Positions 63,163 through 64,000 of a stretch of DNA of 64,000 nt are shown piece by piece. A program made the translations under genes and the position numbers. The stretch lies in contig NC_057718.1 of NCBI RefSeq assembly GCF_004010195.1, positions 88,464,010-88,528,009 on the forward strand, written 5' to 3'. The notes beneath the pieces are model-generated. The model ran no database searches and was not told the origin of the DNA. It was given only the letters and a program-made list of their open reading frames with translations. The stretch comes from Chiloscyllium plagiosum (taxonomy: Eukaryota). How positions within the stretch are numbered: position 1 is the stretch's first letter; every line of letters begins with the position of its first letter.

Positions 63163-64000
63163 AGTCTACCATGAGGAACCATGGCAAACACCTTACTTAA
63201 GTGCATACAGATCACTTCCACCACTCTGTCCTCATCAATCCTTTTTATTATTTACAGTCATAGAGATGTACAGCATGGAACCCTTTAGTCCAACCCGTCC
63301 ATGCCGACCAGATATTCAAAACATTCAATCAAGTTTGTGAGACATGATTTCCTATGCACAAAGCCATGGTGACTAATCAGCCCTTACCTTTCCAAATACC
63401 TGTAGTCCATCAGGATTCCCTCCAACAACTTTCCCACCACCAATGTCAGGCTCACTGGTCTATAGTTCCCTGGCTTTTCCTCATCCCTTTTCTAAAAAAG
63501 TGGCACCAGGTTAGCCAATGTTAGAACTTTAATTTTTAGATCCAGTCTAACGTTTTCAATCACTACTTCCAAATCATCAAAATTAATAAGAATTATGGTC
63601 GCTGGCCCCAAAGTGTTTCCCCACTGACACCTGAGTTACATGCCCTATCTCATTTCCTAAGAGTAGGTCAGATTTTACACTTTTTCTAGTAGGTATATCC
63701 ACATACTGAATCAGAAAAATGTTCACAGTTAAAATCTTGTACACACTTAAATTTCTCTCCACCTAAACCCTTAACACTATGGCAGTCCCAGTCTATGTTT
63801 GCAAAGTTAAAATCCCCTTCCATAAGTATACTATTATTCTTACAGATGACTGAGATCTCCCTACAAATTTCTCAATTTCCTGCTGACTATTGGGGAGTGT
63901 TTAATACAATCCCAATAAGATGATTATCCCTTTCCTATTTCTCAATTTCACCCAAATAACTTGCCTGAATATCTTCCCAGGAATATCCTCCGCAAGTACA

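Larger units (their letters stand above)
62318..64000 (-). mobile_element. Nested CR1/HER1-type LINE fragments
   Basis: RKDVVKLESVQKKFTRMLPGL, HLSKVFAMVPHGRL; a second short CR1 3' end at ~63254-63316. Confidence 0.8.

Noticed and set aside
44071..64000. ZBTB2 non-coding exon 1/promoter
   Set aside because: No CpG-island-like segment is visible; it probably lies beyond the window.

Overview
This is vertebrate (cartilaginous fish, shark-like) genomic DNA containing two convergent genes. On the + strand is AKAP12/gravin: a beta-isoform-type start exon at 2595-2619 and a very large coding exon at 24822-30796. On the - strand is ZBTB2, with coding exons at 44061-43889 and 43530-42132 (523 aa). 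The rest is intronic or intergenic DNA rich in CR1/HER1-type LINEs, HE1/V-SINE and Deu-SINE-like elements, Penelope-like elements (PLEs), a decayed RTE LINE, a solo LTR and a pogo/Tigger-like MITE. Two things stand out. (1) The AKAP12 ORF is remodelled: about 60 in-frame 54-bp repeats fill the C-terminal half, followed by a diverged duplicate of the WSK2 segment. The ORF then stops at the edge of an antisense RTE remnant, and I cannot see the PKA-RII docking helix. (2) Two PLE-derived fold-back insertions have target-site duplications and carry minimal hammerhead-ribozyme motifs; one is a perfect 89-bp hairpin. All homology calls come from recalled motifs, not database searches, and repeat boundaries are approximate.
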